Below, piece after piece: positions 10,908 through 22,640 of a DNA stretch of 64,000 bases (within the stretch, counting starts at the first letter, position 1; the number at the start of each line of letters is the position of its first letter). A program made the translations under genes and the position numbers. The notes below the pieces were generated by a model. That model saw only the letters and a program-made list of their open reading frames with translations, searched no databases and was not told the origin of the DNA. Origin of the DNA: an uncultured Aliarcobacter sp. (GTDB taxonomy: Bacteria > Campylobacterota > Campylobacteria > Campylobacterales > Arcobacteraceae); contig CAXXLV010000002.1 in assembly GCA_963664305.2 (NCBI GenBank), positions 1,696,001 through 1,760,000 on the forward strand, in the 5' to 3' direction.

Positions 10908-12030
10908 CTATAAAATCCTTTAATCTTTTTAATGTTTCTCTTGTTTTTTCTTCATTTTCTACAAGAGCTATTCTTACATAACCTTTTCCTAAACCATTTC
11001 TTCCTAAAAAACTTCCTGGTAGTACTTTGATATTTTTTTCTTTATATAAATTTTTTGTAAATTCAAGTTCATCTTCAACTTCTAACCAAATATAAAAAGT
11101 TGCTTCTGGAATAGTTATCCCTAAAATTTCATGTGCAATTTCAAAATTCTTTTTATAAATTTTTCTAAATTCCATAACATGTTCTTGGTCATTCCAAGCA
11201 ACAGCTGCTGCTTCTTGTAAAGGAACTGGTGAAGCACATCCAACATAAGTTCTATATTGTAAATACTCTTTTAAAATTTTTGCATCACCTGCTATAAATC
11301 CACTTCTTAATCCTGGAGCACTACTTCTTTTTGAAATAGAATTCATTACTAAAACATTTTTAAAATCTTTATTTCCAACAAAAATAGATGCTTCTAATAA
11401 TGATGCTGGCCTATTTTCTTCATCAAAAAAGATTTCACTATAACACTCATCATTTACTAAAATAAAATCAAATTCTAAAGCTTTTTTAACCCATAATCCT
11501 AACTCTTCTTTACTCATTGAAGCTGAAGTTGGATTATTTGGGAAATTTAAAATTACTAAATCACATCTTTTTAATTCATCATCACTAAGCATTGCTTTAA
11601 AATGATTTTCTTTAGTTAAATCTATATGAATAACTTCTGCCCTACTTGCGATAGCTGCACCTTCATAAATTTGATAAAAAGGATTAGTAAATGCCATAAC
11701 TGGATTTTTTTTATCAAAAAGAGCAAATTGAGGAAAGTTAAATAAAACTTCTCTTGTTCCAAATGTTGGAACAATTTGATTCATTTCTAAAGATACATTA
11801 AATCTATTTTGTACAAAATTAATCATAGATTCTCTTAAAAATGGTTCTCCAACAGTTGATGGATATTTTCTTAAACTTGAACTTGTTTCTTTTAATTTTT
11901 CTTGTATAAAATGTGGTGTTTCAAATTTTGGCTCACCTATTGTTAAAACAGATAATTCATAATTATCATTAGGAAGTATATCTGTTAATAACTCATTCAA
12001 TTTTTCAAAGGGATATTTTTCAAAATTCAT
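10900..12030 (-). CDS. dapC: Succinyldiaminopimelate transaminase (class I/II PLP aminotransferase)
   Basis: YPFEKL, IGEP, NPFYQIYEGAA, DECYSEI, SISKRSSAPGLRSG motifs. Confidence 0.92.
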   Translation of the reverse strand: MNFEKYPFEKLNELLTDILPNDNYELSVLTIGEPKFETPHFIQEKLKETSSSLRKYPSTVGEPFLRESMINFVQNRFNVSLEMNQIVPTFGTREVLFNFPQFALFDKKNPVMAFTNPFYQIYEGAAIASRAEVIHIDLTKENHFKAMLSDDELKRCDLVILNFPNNPTSASMSKEELGLWVKKALEFDFILVNDECYSEIFFDEENRPASLLEASIFVGNKDFKNVLVMNSISKRSSAPGLRSGFIAGDAKILKEYLQYRTYVGCASPVPLQEAAAVAWNDQEHVMEFRKIYKKNFEIAHEILGITIPEATFYIWLEVEDELEFTKNLYKEKNIKVLPGSFLGRNGLGKGYVRIALVENEEKTRETLKRLKDFIDG

Positions 12031-12047
12031 AATATTTATTTCCTTAT

Positions 12048-13475
12048 TTATTCTTCTGATATTGGGATTAATAACTGATTAAATTTATTCATATCAAATG
12101 CGATAAAATCGCTATTTGTATAGAAAAATTTAAATGAAAATCTTTTCTTAAACATATCTTGTTTTAAAGGTAAGATTTGTAACATATTTCTTTGTTTTTT
12201 AAGTTCTCTTATTGGATTTTCTCCACTTGTAACTACTTCTAGTTTTTCATTAAATATTTTAGCAAGATTTTCAAAGTGGTCAATCAAAGTTGATTTTCCA
12301 TCTTTTTCACCAATTGGGTCCAAATCAAATATTTTTGTTTTAATTTTTAATTGACTTGAAATATCAAAAACAATTGGAGATATTTGCTCATAAGAGTTTG
12401 TGTCATTTAATATAATTACCGTTCGTTTTACTGATTTTAATTTCTCTTTTCCAAATTTAAAAACAGGAATTTTTAGTTCCATTACACTTTTAACTCTATT
12501 TTTATCTTTAAACATTTCATGAGTTAATATAATCATACCAATATTATATTTTCTATAATCCTCTTTTATTATTTTTGTAAAACCTTTATTCGCATAATCA
12601 ATTTGTAAAATAATAGTAGGGAAATGTCTCAATTCATTTTTGATTAAATCCATAATTTCAACAGTTGTAGGTCTTGTAACTCTAACTATCAATAAATTAT
12701 TTTTTAATTTTTGGTTTAAATATTTTGTTTCATCTAAAGCTTTTTTTACACTATTTTCATCTTCAAGATATAAATCTAAATATAAATAAATATTACTTCC
12801 AAATGGCATTGGAAATTGACCTTGTGTTTTTCCAATTACATTGTAAACTTGCATTAAAACATCAGGTTTTCCAATAACTAAAATTATGTCATTTGGTTTT
12901 AAAACCAAAGATGGTTTTATATTTATCATCTTTTGATTTCTGTAAAGTCCAAAAATTTTCCACTCTTTTTGTTCAATTGAACCAATATATCTATAAGCAT
13001 AAGAACTTCCAAATGGAATTCTTATCTCCATAATTTCACCTTGTTTTAGTCCAATATTTTGTGCTAAAACTGGAACATTTGGAAGTTTTTCAACCATTCC
13101 ATTTGCTAAAACTTCAATTCCTCTATAAATTTGAACTAAAGGGTCATTTACTTTAATTCCCCAATAATCTAATACAGTCATTTGAAGATTTTTTGTATGT
13201 TCTCTAATATTTTTAATTACATTTAACATCTCATCTTTTGAGTTAAGTGCAATTAAAACTTCTGTATGAATATTCTTATCTAAAACCATTGAAAGTTTTG
13301 ATTTTGAAGTTGGATCGAACTTATAAAATGTAAAATTTGAAGGCTTTTGTACTGGTAAAATTACATCGCTCATATATATCACATCATAACTGTTATCGCC
13401 TGTATTTGCTTCAACAATTCTTTGCATTAACTTCTTTGCAACAATACCATCTAATATAATTAATATTTTTTTCAT
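12048..13475 (-). CDS. COG3400-family protein with TrkA-C (RCK_C) domain
   Basis: NIGLKQGEIMEIRIPFGSSYAYRYIGSIEQKEWKI motif. Confidence 0.8.
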   Translation of the reverse strand: MKKILIILDGIVAKKLMQRIVEANTGDNSYDVIYMSDVILPVQKPSNFTFYKFDPTSKSKLSMVLDKNIHTEVLIALNSKDEMLNVIKNIREHTKNLQMTVLDYWGIKVNDPLVQIYRGIEVLANGMVEKLPNVPVLAQNIGLKQGEIMEIRIPFGSSYAYRYIGSIEQKEWKIFGLYRNQKMINIKPSLVLKPNDIILVIGKPDVLMQVYNVIGKTQGQFPMPFGSNIYLYLDLYLEDENSVKKALDETKYLNQKLKNNLLIVRVTRPTTVEIMDLIKNELRHFPTIILQIDYANKGFTKIIKEDYRKYNIGMIILTHEMFKDKNRVKSVMELKIPVFKFGKEKLKSVKRTVIILNDTNSYEQISPIVFDISSQLKIKTKIFDLDPIGEKDGKSTLIDHFENLAKIFNEKLEVVTSGENPIRELKKQRNMLQILPLKQDMFKKRFSFKFFYTNSDFIAFDMNKFNQLLIPISEE

Positions 13476-13553
13476 GGCTAAAATTATATCCTAAAAAAAT
13501 TAATTGTAGATTTGAATTACTAGATATAAATCTAACTTTAGATACAATAATGA

Positions 13554-14712
<1,159 letters not shown>

Positions 14713-14746
14713 GATAAAATAAAATATATTAAAAATAAGGATACTT

Positions 14747-15037
14747 ATGACTGTTGATGATAAATTAATTGCAAAATTAGAAAAATTATCAAGTTTACAG
14801 GTTGATGATTCAAGAAAAGAGAAATTGAAATCAGAATTAGCTGATATTATTAACTTCGTTGAAAATTTAAATGATATTGATGTAAGTCATATCGAAGCTA
14901 CATTTACTACAATTGAAGGTGGAACACCTTTAAGAGAAGATGTATCAGTTCAAAATTTAGAATTATCAAATCAAATTTTAAAAAATGCTCCAAAATCTGA
15001 AGATGGATACTTTATCGTTCCAAAAATTATTGAATAG
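14747..15037 (+). CDS. gatC: Asp/Glu-tRNA amidotransferase subunit C
   Basis: LEKLSSL, TPLRED, NAP..GYFIVPKIIE motifs. Confidence 0.97.
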   Translation: MTVDDKLIAKLEKLSSLQVDDSRKEKLKSELADIINFVENLNDIDVSHIEATFTTIEGGTPLREDVSVQNLELSNQILKNAPKSEDGYFIVPKIIE

Positions 15038-15046
15038 GAAAATTTT

Positions 15047-15388
15047 ATGATTACAGTTTACGGTATAAAAACTTGTGGAAGTGTAAGAAATGCTTTAAAA
15101 TTTTTCAAAGATAATAATATTGAAGTTGAATTTTTTGATTTTAAAAAAGAGACTCCAAGTGCAGATAAAATAAAAACTTGGACTACTAAAGCTGATATAA
15201 ATATTCTTTTTAATAACAAAGGTACAAAATATAAAACATTAAATCTAAAAGAGTTAAATCTTGATGATAATGGAAAATATGAATGGTTATGTAAAGAACC
15301 ATTACTTTTTAAAAGACCAGTTATTGAATTTGATGATAAATTAGTTGTAGCTTGGGATGAAGAGCTTTACAAAAAAACTTTTTTATAG
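15047..15388 (+). CDS. ArsC/Spx/YffB-family thioredoxin-fold protein
   Basis: YGIKTCGSVRNA and PLLFKRPVI motifs. Confidence 0.88.
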   Translation: MITVYGIKTCGSVRNALKFFKDNNIEVEFFDFKKETPSADKIKTWTTKADINILFNNKGTKYKTLNLKELNLDDNGKYEWLCKEPLLFKRPVIEFDDKLVVAWDEELYKKTFL

Positions 15389-15410
15389 AAAGTAGAAACC
15401 TACTTTCTAT
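15385..15410. terminator. Stem-loop between convergent genes
   Basis: ATAGAAAGTAG-AAAC-CTACTTTCTAT perfect 11-bp stem. Confidence 0.7.
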
Positions 15411-15413
15411 CTA

Positions 15414-15845
15414 TCAAGACTCAATTGTAGTCTTTGTATTTAATTTTAAATCTTCTATTTGTTTTGAAGTTGAAGAAACTTTAATCCAAAATAAAATCAT
15501 ACAAACTAATAATACTAGTGCTCCTAAAATAGGAATCCATGTATAAAGTAAACCTAAAATAACTATCCAACCAATTGTTGCAGGATATTTTATTTCTTTA
15601 AAAGGTAATTTAAATTCTGATTCCAATGCTCTTGATGCAGTGTCTGCTTTAATATTAAATACAATTAAAGCAATAAAGCCCCAAAAAGGAATCACTTGAC
15701 TCCAAACCCAAATTTTACTTATAAAAGTTTGAGGTAAACCATCAACTCTCATTACATTAACTAATTTATTAAGGCTTAATAAAAATCCTAACCAAACTAG
15801 AAAAATAAATAAAAAAACAAATAATCCAGCTCCTACTGCTGCCAT
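15414..15845 (-). CDS. Hypothetical membrane protein (start MAAVG at 15845)
   Basis: Three to four hydrophobic segments, two IP-x-x-G motifs; AGGAG SD upstream of 15845. Confidence 0.75.
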   Translation of the reverse strand: MAAVGAGLFVFLFIFLVWLGFLLSLNKLVNVMRVDGLPQTFISKIWVWSQVIPFWGFIALIVFNIKADTASRALESEFKLPFKEIKYPATIGWIVILGLLYTWIPILGALVLLVCMILFWIKVSSTSKQIEDLKLNTKTTIES

Positions 15846-15874
15846 ATTTTCTCCTTGTGTATTAATGAACAAAA

Positions 15875-15906
15875 ATAATACACAAAGAATTACTCATAAA
15901 TGACTC
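15875..15906 (-). promoter_or_regulatory. Extended -10 (TGnTATTAT) plus 11-bp-period direct repeat GAGTCATTT-N2-GAGTAATTC
   Basis: -10 at 15875-15880; repeats at 15887-15895 and 15898-15906; same layout as the cas6 promoter. Confidence 0.6.
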
Positions 15907-15941
15907 ATTTTTTTATTTTAAAATAATTTTTATGAAATTAA

Positions 15942-16781
15942 TTAAAATTTATAACCTACATTAAAATAGTGTGCATATCCAGAAGTTTTTGTCTCTTTAC
16001 CATTTAAAACTTCTCCATCTTTCCATTGAGTCATATCTTTATAAACTTTTAAACCATATCCAGCTGTCCATTTTTTGTCATGTACCCAAAGTCCTAAATA
16101 TGATTGTAATGAATCACTAGTTCTATATTGTCTTTCAAAACTGTTATTATCTAAATCACTTCCAAACTCATAATCTAAATAACCTTGAAAAGATAAAAAT
16201 CTTGAATCTGTAAAATTATATAAAGGTTTAAACCAATTTATGTGAGCAACATATCCATCAAAACTATTTTCATTACTTGCACCATAATTTTCTTCTACAT
16301 ATCTCGTATAAAAATTCACACCACTTTTTCCAAGCCATGGAATATCTACATCACTTCCTAATCCCATCCAAACTATCTTTAATCCATCTCCATTTGGCTC
16401 ATCTGCATAATAGATATCAAAAGCTATAAATAACTCTTGTAAAGCACCATAAGATAAATCAGTATTTGTTAAATAATCTATTGAAATTCTTGGTTCTATA
16501 TCAGCAAAAAAGTTATTTTGTCCATGCTTATCACTTGTTGAAGTATTTAAAGCATCTATAAAATCTATATACCCATATAAATCTAACCATTCATATCTTC
16601 CACCAAACTCAAACTCCACATAATTATCATCAAATGCAAAAGGACCTGCTTTTTGATTTTCTCCATGATAAAGGTGTAAAGTTTCCCAATGTGAATTAGT
16701 AATCGAATCAATATTTTTCGCAGAAACATTGATAACTAAAACAACAAATAGAAAAAATATTTTTAACATAAAACTTTTCAT
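15942..16781 (-). CDS. Outer membrane channel, Tsx/OmpK family
   Basis: Signal peptide, YVEFEFGGR..DLYGYID, EPRISID motifs, C-terminal YKF beta-signal. Confidence 0.88.
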   Translation of the reverse strand: MKSFMLKIFFLFVVLVINVSAKNIDSITNSHWETLHLYHGENQKAGPFAFDDNYVEFEFGGRYEWLDLYGYIDFIDALNTSTSDKHGQNNFFADIEPRISIDYLTNTDLSYGALQELFIAFDIYYADEPNGDGLKIVWMGLGSDVDIPWLGKSGVNFYTRYVEENYGASNENSFDGYVAHINWFKPLYNFTDSRFLSFQGYLDYEFGSDLDNNSFERQYRTSDSLQSYLGLWVHDKKWTAGYGLKVYKDMTQWKDGEVLNGKETKTSGYAHYFNVGYKF

Positions 16782-16802
16782 AATTTTCCTTATTTTTTAA
16801 TC

Positions 16803-16834
16803 AAAAAAAAAGAGAAAGCAAAAACTTTCTCTTT
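16803..16834 (-). terminator. Intrinsic terminator downstream of the DAHP synthase gene
   Basis: AAAGAGAAAG/CTTTCTCTTT stem followed by a T run on the minus strand. Confidence 0.7.
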
Positions 16835-16864
16835 CTTATATACATAACACTTTCTACTTTAATA

Positions 16865-18226
16865 TTATGCAAGATTTTTTCTTGCTTCTTTTAAAGTATC
16901 AGCAATCATAAATGACAATTCTAAAGCTTGGTCAGCATTTAATCTTGGGTCACATTGAGTATGATATCTACTTGCAAGACTCTCTTGAGTTACAGCTGAA
17001 GATGCACTTCCTGTACATTCAGTTACATTTTGTCCTGTCATTTCAAGATGAATTCCACCTGCATAAGTCCCCTCAGCCTTATGAATTTGGAAAAATTGTT
17101 TAACTTCACTTAAAATTGCTTCAAAATCTCTTGTTTTATATCCATTGTCAGCTTTTATTGTATTTCCATGCATTGGGTCACTTGACCATAATACATTTTT
17201 ACCTTCAGCTTTTACTCTTTGTAAAAGTTTTGGGAAGAAATCACCAACTTTGTTTGCACCCATTCTAACAATAAGATTTAATCTTCCTGCTTCATTAGTA
17301 GGATTTAAAGTATCAATTAATTGAATTAATTCATCCTCTTTCATAGAAGGTCCTACTTTACATCCAATTGGATTTTTAATACCTCTAAAATATTCAATAT
17401 GAGCATCTTTTAAATCTCTTGTTCTATCACCAATCCATAACATATGAGCAGCACAGTTAAACCAATCACCAGTGATTGAATCACGTCTAGTTAATGCTTG
17501 TTCATAGTTTAATAAAAGTGCTTCATGTGAAGTAAATAGAGTTGTTTGATTTAGTTGTGGAGTATTTTCACTTGTAATTCCACAAGCTTTCATAAATGTT
17601 AAACTTTCACTAATTTTATTTGCAAGTTCTTCATATTTTGCACCTAAATAGTTATCTTTTACAAAGTCAAGATTCCATAAATGAACTTGATTTAAATCAG
17701 CCATTCCACCTCTTGAAAAAGCTCTTAAAAGGTTCATTGTTGCTGCACTTTGGTTATATGCTTTTAATAATTTTTTAGCTCTTGGATTTCTTGCTTTTTC
17801 AGTAAAATCAATATCATTTACAATATCACCTCTATATGAAGGTAAAGAAACTCCATCTATCTCTTCAAAATCAGAACTTCTTGGTTTTGCAAATTGACCT
17901 GCAACTCGTCCAACTTTTACAACTGGACAACCACCAGAAAAAGTTAAAACAACTGCCATCTGCATCATTACTTTAAATAAATCTTTTATATTTGCAGCAT
18001 TAAATGATGTAAATGATTCTGCACAATCTCCACCTTGAAGTAAAAAAGCTTTACCATTAACAACATCTGCTAACTGTTTTTTTAAATTCAGTGCTTCTCC
18101 TGCAAAAATTAAAGGAGGGTATGATGCTAATTCAGATTCTACTTTTGCAAGTTTTTCTAAATCATTATATGTTGGTTGTTGTTTTATAGGAAAATCTCTC
18201 CAGCTATTTGGAGTCCAAATATTCAT
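16865..18226 (-). CDS. aroF: Class II DAHP synthase (start MNIWTP at 18226)
   Basis: [39 protein letters not shown] motifs. Confidence 0.95.
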   Translation of the reverse strand: MNIWTPNSWRDFPIKQQPTYNDLEKLAKVESELASYPPLIFAGEALNLKKQLADVVNGKAFLLQGGDCAESFTSFNAANIKDLFKVMMQMAVVLTFSGGCPVVKVGRVAGQFAKPRSSDFEEIDGVSLPSYRGDIVNDIDFTEKARNPRAKKLLKAYNQSAATMNLLRAFSRGGMADLNQVHLWNLDFVKDNYLGAKYEELANKISESLTFMKACGITSENTPQLNQTTLFTSHEALLLNYEQALTRRDSITGDWFNCAAHMLWIGDRTRDLKDAHIEYFRGIKNPIGCKVGPSMKEDELIQLIDTLNPTNEAGRLNLIVRMGANKVGDFFPKLLQRVKAEGKNVLWSSDPMHGNTIKADNGYKTRDFEAILSEVKQFFQIHKAEGTYAGGIHLEMTGQNVTECTGSASSAVTQESLASRYHTQCDPRLNADQALELSFMIADTLKEARKNLA

Positions 18227-18291
18227 TTTTTCTACCTTTTTATATATTTTTATCATTGGAAAAATTTTATCCAATGAAGCTTAAATACTTT

Positions 18292-19284
18292 TTAATTTAT
18301 TAGTTTTGAAAGTAAATCTCTAAACGAAACTTTAAATGCTTCTAAACCATCAACTAATAGCTTATCATAAACTGATTGCATTTTGATTCCTTTTGATTTT
18401 AAAAGTTCAAAATATTTATCACAATCTACTTCACTCATTAATGGAGTTTCAACTTTAGAACCATCCATCAACCAATCTTCAATAGTTGTAAGAGGTGCAG
18501 TATTTACCGAATTTGGATAAATCAAGTTATCAATATAATAACTAGGACTTAATTCATTTCCTTTTACACCTGTACTTGCAAATAATGTTCTGATATTAGG
18601 ATTTTGGAATTTATTTACTTCATGATAACATTTTGTTGCATTTATAATACCTAGTTTAGAAGGTTGTAAACCTTTTAAAACAAAATCTGCATCCATCATT
18701 CTATCAAATCTTGAAACAAATACTGAAATAACAGCTTTTATATCTTTATTTGAATCTTTAATTCCTTCATCCAAAGCTTGTGCACATTTGATAGCTTGTT
18801 CAGGTGAGAAAATTAAAGTTGCATTTACATTGATTCCTCTTGAAGTTAACTCTCTCATTGCAATATATCCAGCTTCAGTTGCAGGAACTTTTATCATTAC
18901 ATTTTCTGCATTTATTGAGTTAAAAAGTCTAACACCTTCATCAATAGTTCCAGCTGCATCATCACATAAAAGTGGATCAACTTCAATAGAGATAAATCCA
19001 TCATCTGCATCATTTTTATGTAATTTATCTAATAAAAAAGCAGCTCTTTTGATATCTGTTAAAGCTAATTCTTCATAAATTGTTTTTGCATTGTTTGCTT
19101 GTAACATATCAAGTTGTTGTTTATAAGCAACAGAGTTTGTAATTGATGATTCAAAAATTGCAGGATTTGAAGTAGCACCTTGGATAATCCCTTTTTTAAT
19201 AATCTCTTTAAATCTATTTTCTAAAAAATCTCTTTCAATAAAATCACACCATAAAGAGTAGTTAATATCTTCTTTTAAACCCAT
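18292..19284 (-). CDS. tal: Transaldolase
   Basis: GATSNPAIF, SIEVDP, MIKVPAT, NATLIFS, LFASTG motifs. Confidence 0.96.
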   Translation of the reverse strand: MGLKEDINYSLWCDFIERDFLENRFKEIIKKGIIQGATSNPAIFESSITNSVAYKQQLDMLQANNAKTIYEELALTDIKRAAFLLDKLHKNDADDGFISIEVDPLLCDDAAGTIDEGVRLFNSINAENVMIKVPATEAGYIAMRELTSRGINVNATLIFSPEQAIKCAQALDEGIKDSNKDIKAVISVFVSRFDRMMDADFVLKGLQPSKLGIINATKCYHEVNKFQNPNIRTLFASTGVKGNELSPSYYIDNLIYPNSVNTAPLTTIEDWLMDGSKVETPLMSEVDCDKYFELLKSKGIKMQSVYDKLLVDGLEAFKVSFRDLLSKLIN

Positions 19285-19285
19285 G

Positions 19286-19912
19286 TTAAGCCTTTACATA
19301 ATCTAAAATTTTTGTTAAATCTTTTGTGTCAATAATAATACTAGCCTCTTTTTTAAGCACTTCTCTTGCACAAAAAGCAACTCTTGTATCAGCCTCAGCA
19401 AACATACTTAAGTCATTTGCTCCATCTCCACAAACTAAAGTTTCAGCTCTTGTTATTCCCATTAATGCTTGAATTCTTTGAAGCATATCCCCTTTTGAAT
19501 AACCAAACATCATATCTCCTCCAATTAATCCAGTCAATACTCCATTTTTCTCATGTAATACATTTGAAAAATCAGCATCTAAACCTAATTTTTCTCTAGC
19601 AGGAGATGTCCCTATTCTAAATCCACCAGAAAAACATACTACTTTATATCCCATTTTTTGAAGTTCTGGAACTAACTCTTTTGCACCTGGCATTAAAGGA
19701 AGATTTGCACAAATATCAACAACTTTTTTATAATCCATACCTTTTAAAAGTGCAACTCTTGTAGTTAAAGATTCAAAAAAATCAAGTCTTCCACTCATCG
19801 CTTCTTCTGTAATCTTTTTTACTTGTTCACCTATTCCTAACTCATCTGCAAGAAAGTCTATAGTCTCTCCATCCATCAAAGTTGAATCAAAATCAAAAAC
19901 AGCTAATTTCAT
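19286..19912 (-). CDS. serB: Phosphoserine phosphatase
   Basis: FDFDSTLMDGETID, SGGF, GDGANDL HAD motifs. Confidence 0.96.
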   Translation of the reverse strand: MKLAVFDFDSTLMDGETIDFLADELGIGEQVKKITEEAMSGRLDFFESLTTRVALLKGMDYKKVVDICANLPLMPGAKELVPELQKMGYKVVCFSGGFRIGTSPAREKLGLDADFSNVLHEKNGVLTGLIGGDMMFGYSKGDMLQRIQALMGITRAETLVCGDGANDLSMFAEADTRVAFCAREVLKKEASIIIDTKDLTKILDYVKA

Positions 19913-19992
19913 TAATTTTCCCTAGTTTTATTCTTTAAAGGGTATAATATTATCTAAATTTAACTAAATATATAAAAGGGATATACTTAAAT

Positions 19993-20904
19993 ATGTTTGA
20001 AACACTTATACAAAAACTTCAAGAGGACAAATATCTAACTCTTGAAACAACACCTCAACATGAACCTTCTATGCATAATATTATTGAAAGAATTAAAAAA
20101 TTTAAATTACAAGATAGAGTTGATGGTTTTTCGTGTACAGATAATCCTCTTGCAAAATTAAAATACAATGCTTTATTTGCCTCTTTAAAATTACAAATGG
20201 AATTCAATAAACCTGTAATTGCAACAATGAGTATGAGAGATAGAAATAAAATTGCATTACAATCAGATTTAATGGGGGCAAATGATTTTGATGTAAGAGC
20301 TATTCTTGCACTTACAGGAGATCCAGCTAAAATGAGTGACCAACCTCATGCCAAAGGAGTTTTTGAAGCAAACTCATTAATGCTTTTAAAAATTATCAAA
20401 TCATTTAATTATGGTATGGATATGTCTGGTCATCCTTTTAAAATAGAGCCTAAACAGATTTTTCCTTTTGCTGTTACAAACTCTTATGCAAAAAATTTCT
20501 CAAGTTTAGAGAAAAAAATGCATTTAAAAATTCAAAATGGAGCAGTGGGAATTATTTCTCAACCAGTATTTGATATAGAAAATGCAAAAAAACTTTTAGA
20601 ATCATTTAATATAGCAAAAGAAGGAGTTGAAGGAGATAAACAAAAAGCTCAACTTATTTTTGGAATTTTCCCTGTTACAAAACTTAGAACTGCTCTATTT
20701 TTATCTGCGCAAGTTCCTGGAATTCATGTACCTCAATTTTGGATTGATGCACTTGAAGCAGCTCACAACATCTCTGAAGAAGAAGAGTACAAAGTTGGAA
20801 TGCAATTAAGTCAAGATTTATTTAGAGAATTAAATAAACTTCATCCAAAAATCCATCTTATGACAGCAAATAGATTTGATGTTGCAAATGAGATTATCTC
20901 TTGA
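19993..20904 (+). CDS. metF: Methylenetetrahydrofolate reductase family protein
   Basis: TDNPLA, MRDRNKIALQSDL, ALTGDP, SQPVFD motifs. Confidence 0.85.
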   Translation: MFETLIQKLQEDKYLTLETTPQHEPSMHNIIERIKKFKLQDRVDGFSCTDNPLAKLKYNALFASLKLQMEFNKPVIATMSMRDRNKIALQSDLMGANDFDVRAILALTGDPAKMSDQPHAKGVFEANSLMLLKIIKSFNYGMDMSGHPFKIEPKQIFPFAVTNSYAKNFSSLEKKMHLKIQNGAVGIISQPVFDIENAKKLLESFNIAKEGVEGDKQKAQLIFGIFPVTKLRTALFLSAQVPGIHVPQFWIDALEAAHNISEEEEYKVGMQLSQDLFRELNKLHPKIHLMTANRFDVANEIIS

Positions 20905-21281
20905 GATTAGCTTCAATTGATATTGGACTAAAAAGAATAGGAGTTGCTATTTGTTTAACTTCAAATATTGTAACTCCTCAAACTGCCATTTTAAGAAAAA
21001 ATAGAGACCAAGCTGCAAATGATGTAAACTCTTTTTTAAAAGAGTGGGAAATCGAAAAACTAATAGTTGGATTTCCAAGTGCAAGTCTTGATATGCAAAA
21101 AAGAATTAAACATTTTGTTTCTCTTTTAGAATTACAAATCCCTTATGAATTTTGCGAAGAAAATATGAGTTCTATTGAAGCAGAAGAATTAATCAAAGGT
21201 GAAATTAAATATAAAAGAGATGGAAGAGTTGATTCACTTGCTGCTAAAATCATACTAGAGCGATATTTAGCTAAAAAATAG
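20901..21281 (+). CDS. ruvX: YqgF/RuvX family nuclease
   Basis: IDIGLKRIGVA, EENMSS, DSLAAKIILE motifs. Confidence 0.93.
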   Translation: MRLASIDIGLKRIGVAICLTSNIVTPQTAILRKNRDQAANDVNSFLKEWEIEKLIVGFPSASLDMQKRIKHFVSLLELQIPYEFCEENMSSIEAEELIKGEIKYKRDGRVDSLAAKIILERYLAKK

Positions 21282-21632
21282 TTATTTTAAAACATTAACA
21301 ACAACTGCTATTGCAAAACCTGAATCATGGGTTATTGATAAATGAGATTTTTTTATACCAAAAGCTTTTCTAACCTCTTTTTTGTATTTGATTTTAGGTG
21401 CTCCTATTTCACTTTTAGAAATTTTTATATCATGAAAACCACAAGCTGCACCAATTCCTGTACCAAGTGCTTTTGAAGCCGCTTCTTTTGCAGCCCAAAA
21501 TCCAGCTGCTGTTTCAGGTTTTTTAATCAATTCAATCTCTTTCGGATTTAAAAACTTTTCATAAGCCTTTATTCCAAACTTTTCATACATTTTTGTAATT
21601 CTTTCAACTGATGTTATATCTATTCCTATCAT
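21282..21632 (-). CDS. acpS: Holo-ACP synthase
   Basis: IGIDI, AGFWAAKEAASKALGTG, LSITHD motifs. Confidence 0.97.
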   Translation of the reverse strand: MIGIDITSVERITKMYEKFGIKAYEKFLNPKEIELIKKPETAAGFWAAKEAASKALGTGIGAACGFHDIKISKSEIGAPKIKYKKEVRKAFGIKKSHLSITHDSGFAIAVVVNVLK

Positions 21633-21661
21633 TTAAACCTATCTTTTGTATAATTTGCACC

Positions 21662-22621
21662 ATGAAACTATTTATAAAAAAGTTATTATACATTATTGTT
21701 ATGTTATTTATTATTAGCCTTATTTCATTTATTGCAATAAATGCTGCACCAAACTCTTTTTTTGCAAGTGGAGAACTAAATCCTAATATTACACCAGAAT
21801 CAATTGCTGAATTAAAAGCTATTTATGGTTTAGATAAACCTTTACATATACAGTTTTTTTCTTGGGTTACTTCGATTTTACAACTTGATTTTGGAATCTC
21901 TTTTTCTAGTGGAGAAATGGTAAAAGACGAAATATTAAGTAGAATTCCTATTACATTAATTATTAACATAGTTTCTATGATATTGATTTTTATAATATCT
22001 TTATATTTTGGAATAAAATCAGCTTTAAATAAAAACTCATTTTTTGATAAATTTACAGGCCAATTATCACTTCTAAGTTTTGCAATGCCTTCATTTTATT
22101 TGGCACTTGTTTTAGTTTTAGTTTTTGCAATTAACTTTGAGATTTTACCAATTGCAGGACTTCATAGTGTTCCAAATGATGGAAGTTTAACTTACTATTT
22201 AGATTATGCTTGGCATTTAATTCTTCCTATTTTTATCATAGTTTTTGGTGGAATTGGAAGTTTGATTTTATATATTAGAGGTTTAACTATTGAGATACTT
22301 AAGTCTGATTATATCTTTTTTGCAAAATCTCGTGGTTTAACTCAAAAACAAATACTTAGATTTTATATCTTACCAAATCTGTATCCACCAGTAATTACTT
22401 TACTTGGTCTTTCTCTTCCTGGAATTATTGGAGGTTCAGTGATTCTTGAAACTATATTTTCAATAGATGGAATGGGATTACTTTTTTATCAAAGTGCATT
22501 AAGTCATGATTATCCTGTAATTATGGGGATTTTAATAATTGGAGCCTTTTTGACACTAATTGGTAATATGATTGCTGATTTAGTTTTACTAAAACTAAAC
22601 CCAAATTATGAAGAAAAATAA
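21662..22621 (+). CDS. ABC transporter permease, DppB/NikB family (start MKLF at 21662)
   Basis: YGLDKPL, LDFGISF, DYIFFAKSRGL EAA loop, GGSVILETIFS. Confidence 0.9.
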   Translation: MKLFIKKLLYIIVMLFIISLISFIAINAAPNSFFASGELNPNITPESIAELKAIYGLDKPLHIQFFSWVTSILQLDFGISFSSGEMVKDEILSRIPITLIINIVSMILIFIISLYFGIKSALNKNSFFDKFTGQLSLLSFAMPSFYLALVLVLVFAINFEILPIAGLHSVPNDGSLTYYLDYAWHLILPIFIIVFGGIGSLILYIRGLTIEILKSDYIFFAKSRGLTQKQILRFYILPNLYPPVITLLGLSLPGIIGGSVILETIFSIDGMGLLFYQSALSHDYPVIMGILIIGAFLTLIGNMIADLVLLKLNPNYEEK

Positions 22622-22640
22622 ATTTATTAAAGGATAGATA

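Noticed and set aside
15047..15388. True arsenate reductase
   Set aside because: Motifs fit the YffB/Spx-like subgroup and the gene follows gatC rather than ars genes
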